Below, one piece after another: positions 56,868 to 57,002 of a stretch of 57,002 nucleotides of DNA. Each line of letters starts with the position of its first letter. Position 1 is the stretch's first letter. The position numbers were made by a program, and so were the translations under genes. A model generated the notes under the pieces. The model saw nothing but the letters and a program-made list of their open reading frames with translations, was not told the DNA's origin and did no database searches. The DNA comes from a virus (Duplodnaviria; Caudoviricetes): IMG/VR virus record IMGVR_UViG_3300032193_000091, positions 1 to 57,002 of that record; one strand, written 5' to 3'.

Positions 56868-56926
56868 AGTATAGGGCTCAGGAGAGCAGTTCCAAGGTCT
56901 CCTGTGACAGTTCTTCCATTGGCATG
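56868..56926 (-). promoter_or_regulatory. early promoter TTGGAA-N16-TATACT with upstream box
   Basis: Box TGTGACAGT-N6-ATTGGCATG at 56903-56926. Confidence 0.7.
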
Positions 56927-57002
56927 TTCTTCTCCATCTCGATCACATCGTATTCTTCTTCGATCTGTTCCAGGAGCCAGCGGTCGAGCATTACTTCAGA
57001 AA
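56878..57002 (-). CDS. 3' end of an acidic hypothetical protein (truncated by the window)
   Basis: ...SEVMLDRWLLEQIEEEYDVIEMEKNMPMEELSQETLELLS-stop. Confidence 0.65.
   Translation of the reverse strand, partial: SEVMLDRWLLEQIEEEYDVIEMEKNMPMEELSQETLELLS

Noticed and set aside
1-57002. tRNA genes, stop-codon recoding or inteins in the giant ORFs
   Set aside because: No cloverleaf or T-loop signatures were seen in the few intergenic gaps; giant ORFs are intact in the standard code; no intein or LAGLIDADG motifs were recognised by eye.

Overview
A 57 kb segment of a T4-like marine cyanomyovirus (Synechococcus/Prochlorococcus-type, Kyanoviridae-like), with essentially all genes on the minus strand. 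Positions 1-48.4 kb are a late structural block: neck gp14/gp13, a fibre-tip cassette, 3478-aa and 1599-aa fibre proteins, a VrlC-like protein, baseplate gp8/gp7/gp6/gp25 and a PAAR spike, with (A/C)TAAATA late promoters. Positions 48.5-57 kb are an early/accessory region of small genes, many with their own sigma70-like promoter, plus a GIY-YIG endonuclease. Three 2OG-Fe(II) oxygenases are spread across the window. Main observations: (i) the fibre proteins are built by repeated nested (Russian-doll) domain insertion, and one stalk carries a domain with type-1 copper ligands at its innermost point; (ii) a palindromic box TGTG(C/A)CA(G/C)T-N6-A(G/C/T)TG(G/T)CAC lies 28-31 bp upstream of eight early -10 elements, and its best copy sits symmetrically between divergent promoters in an AT-rich non-coding region (candidate replication origin); (iii) a 159-aa ORF is entirely overprinted on two other genes. 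All calls come from reading the sequence by eye; no searches were run.
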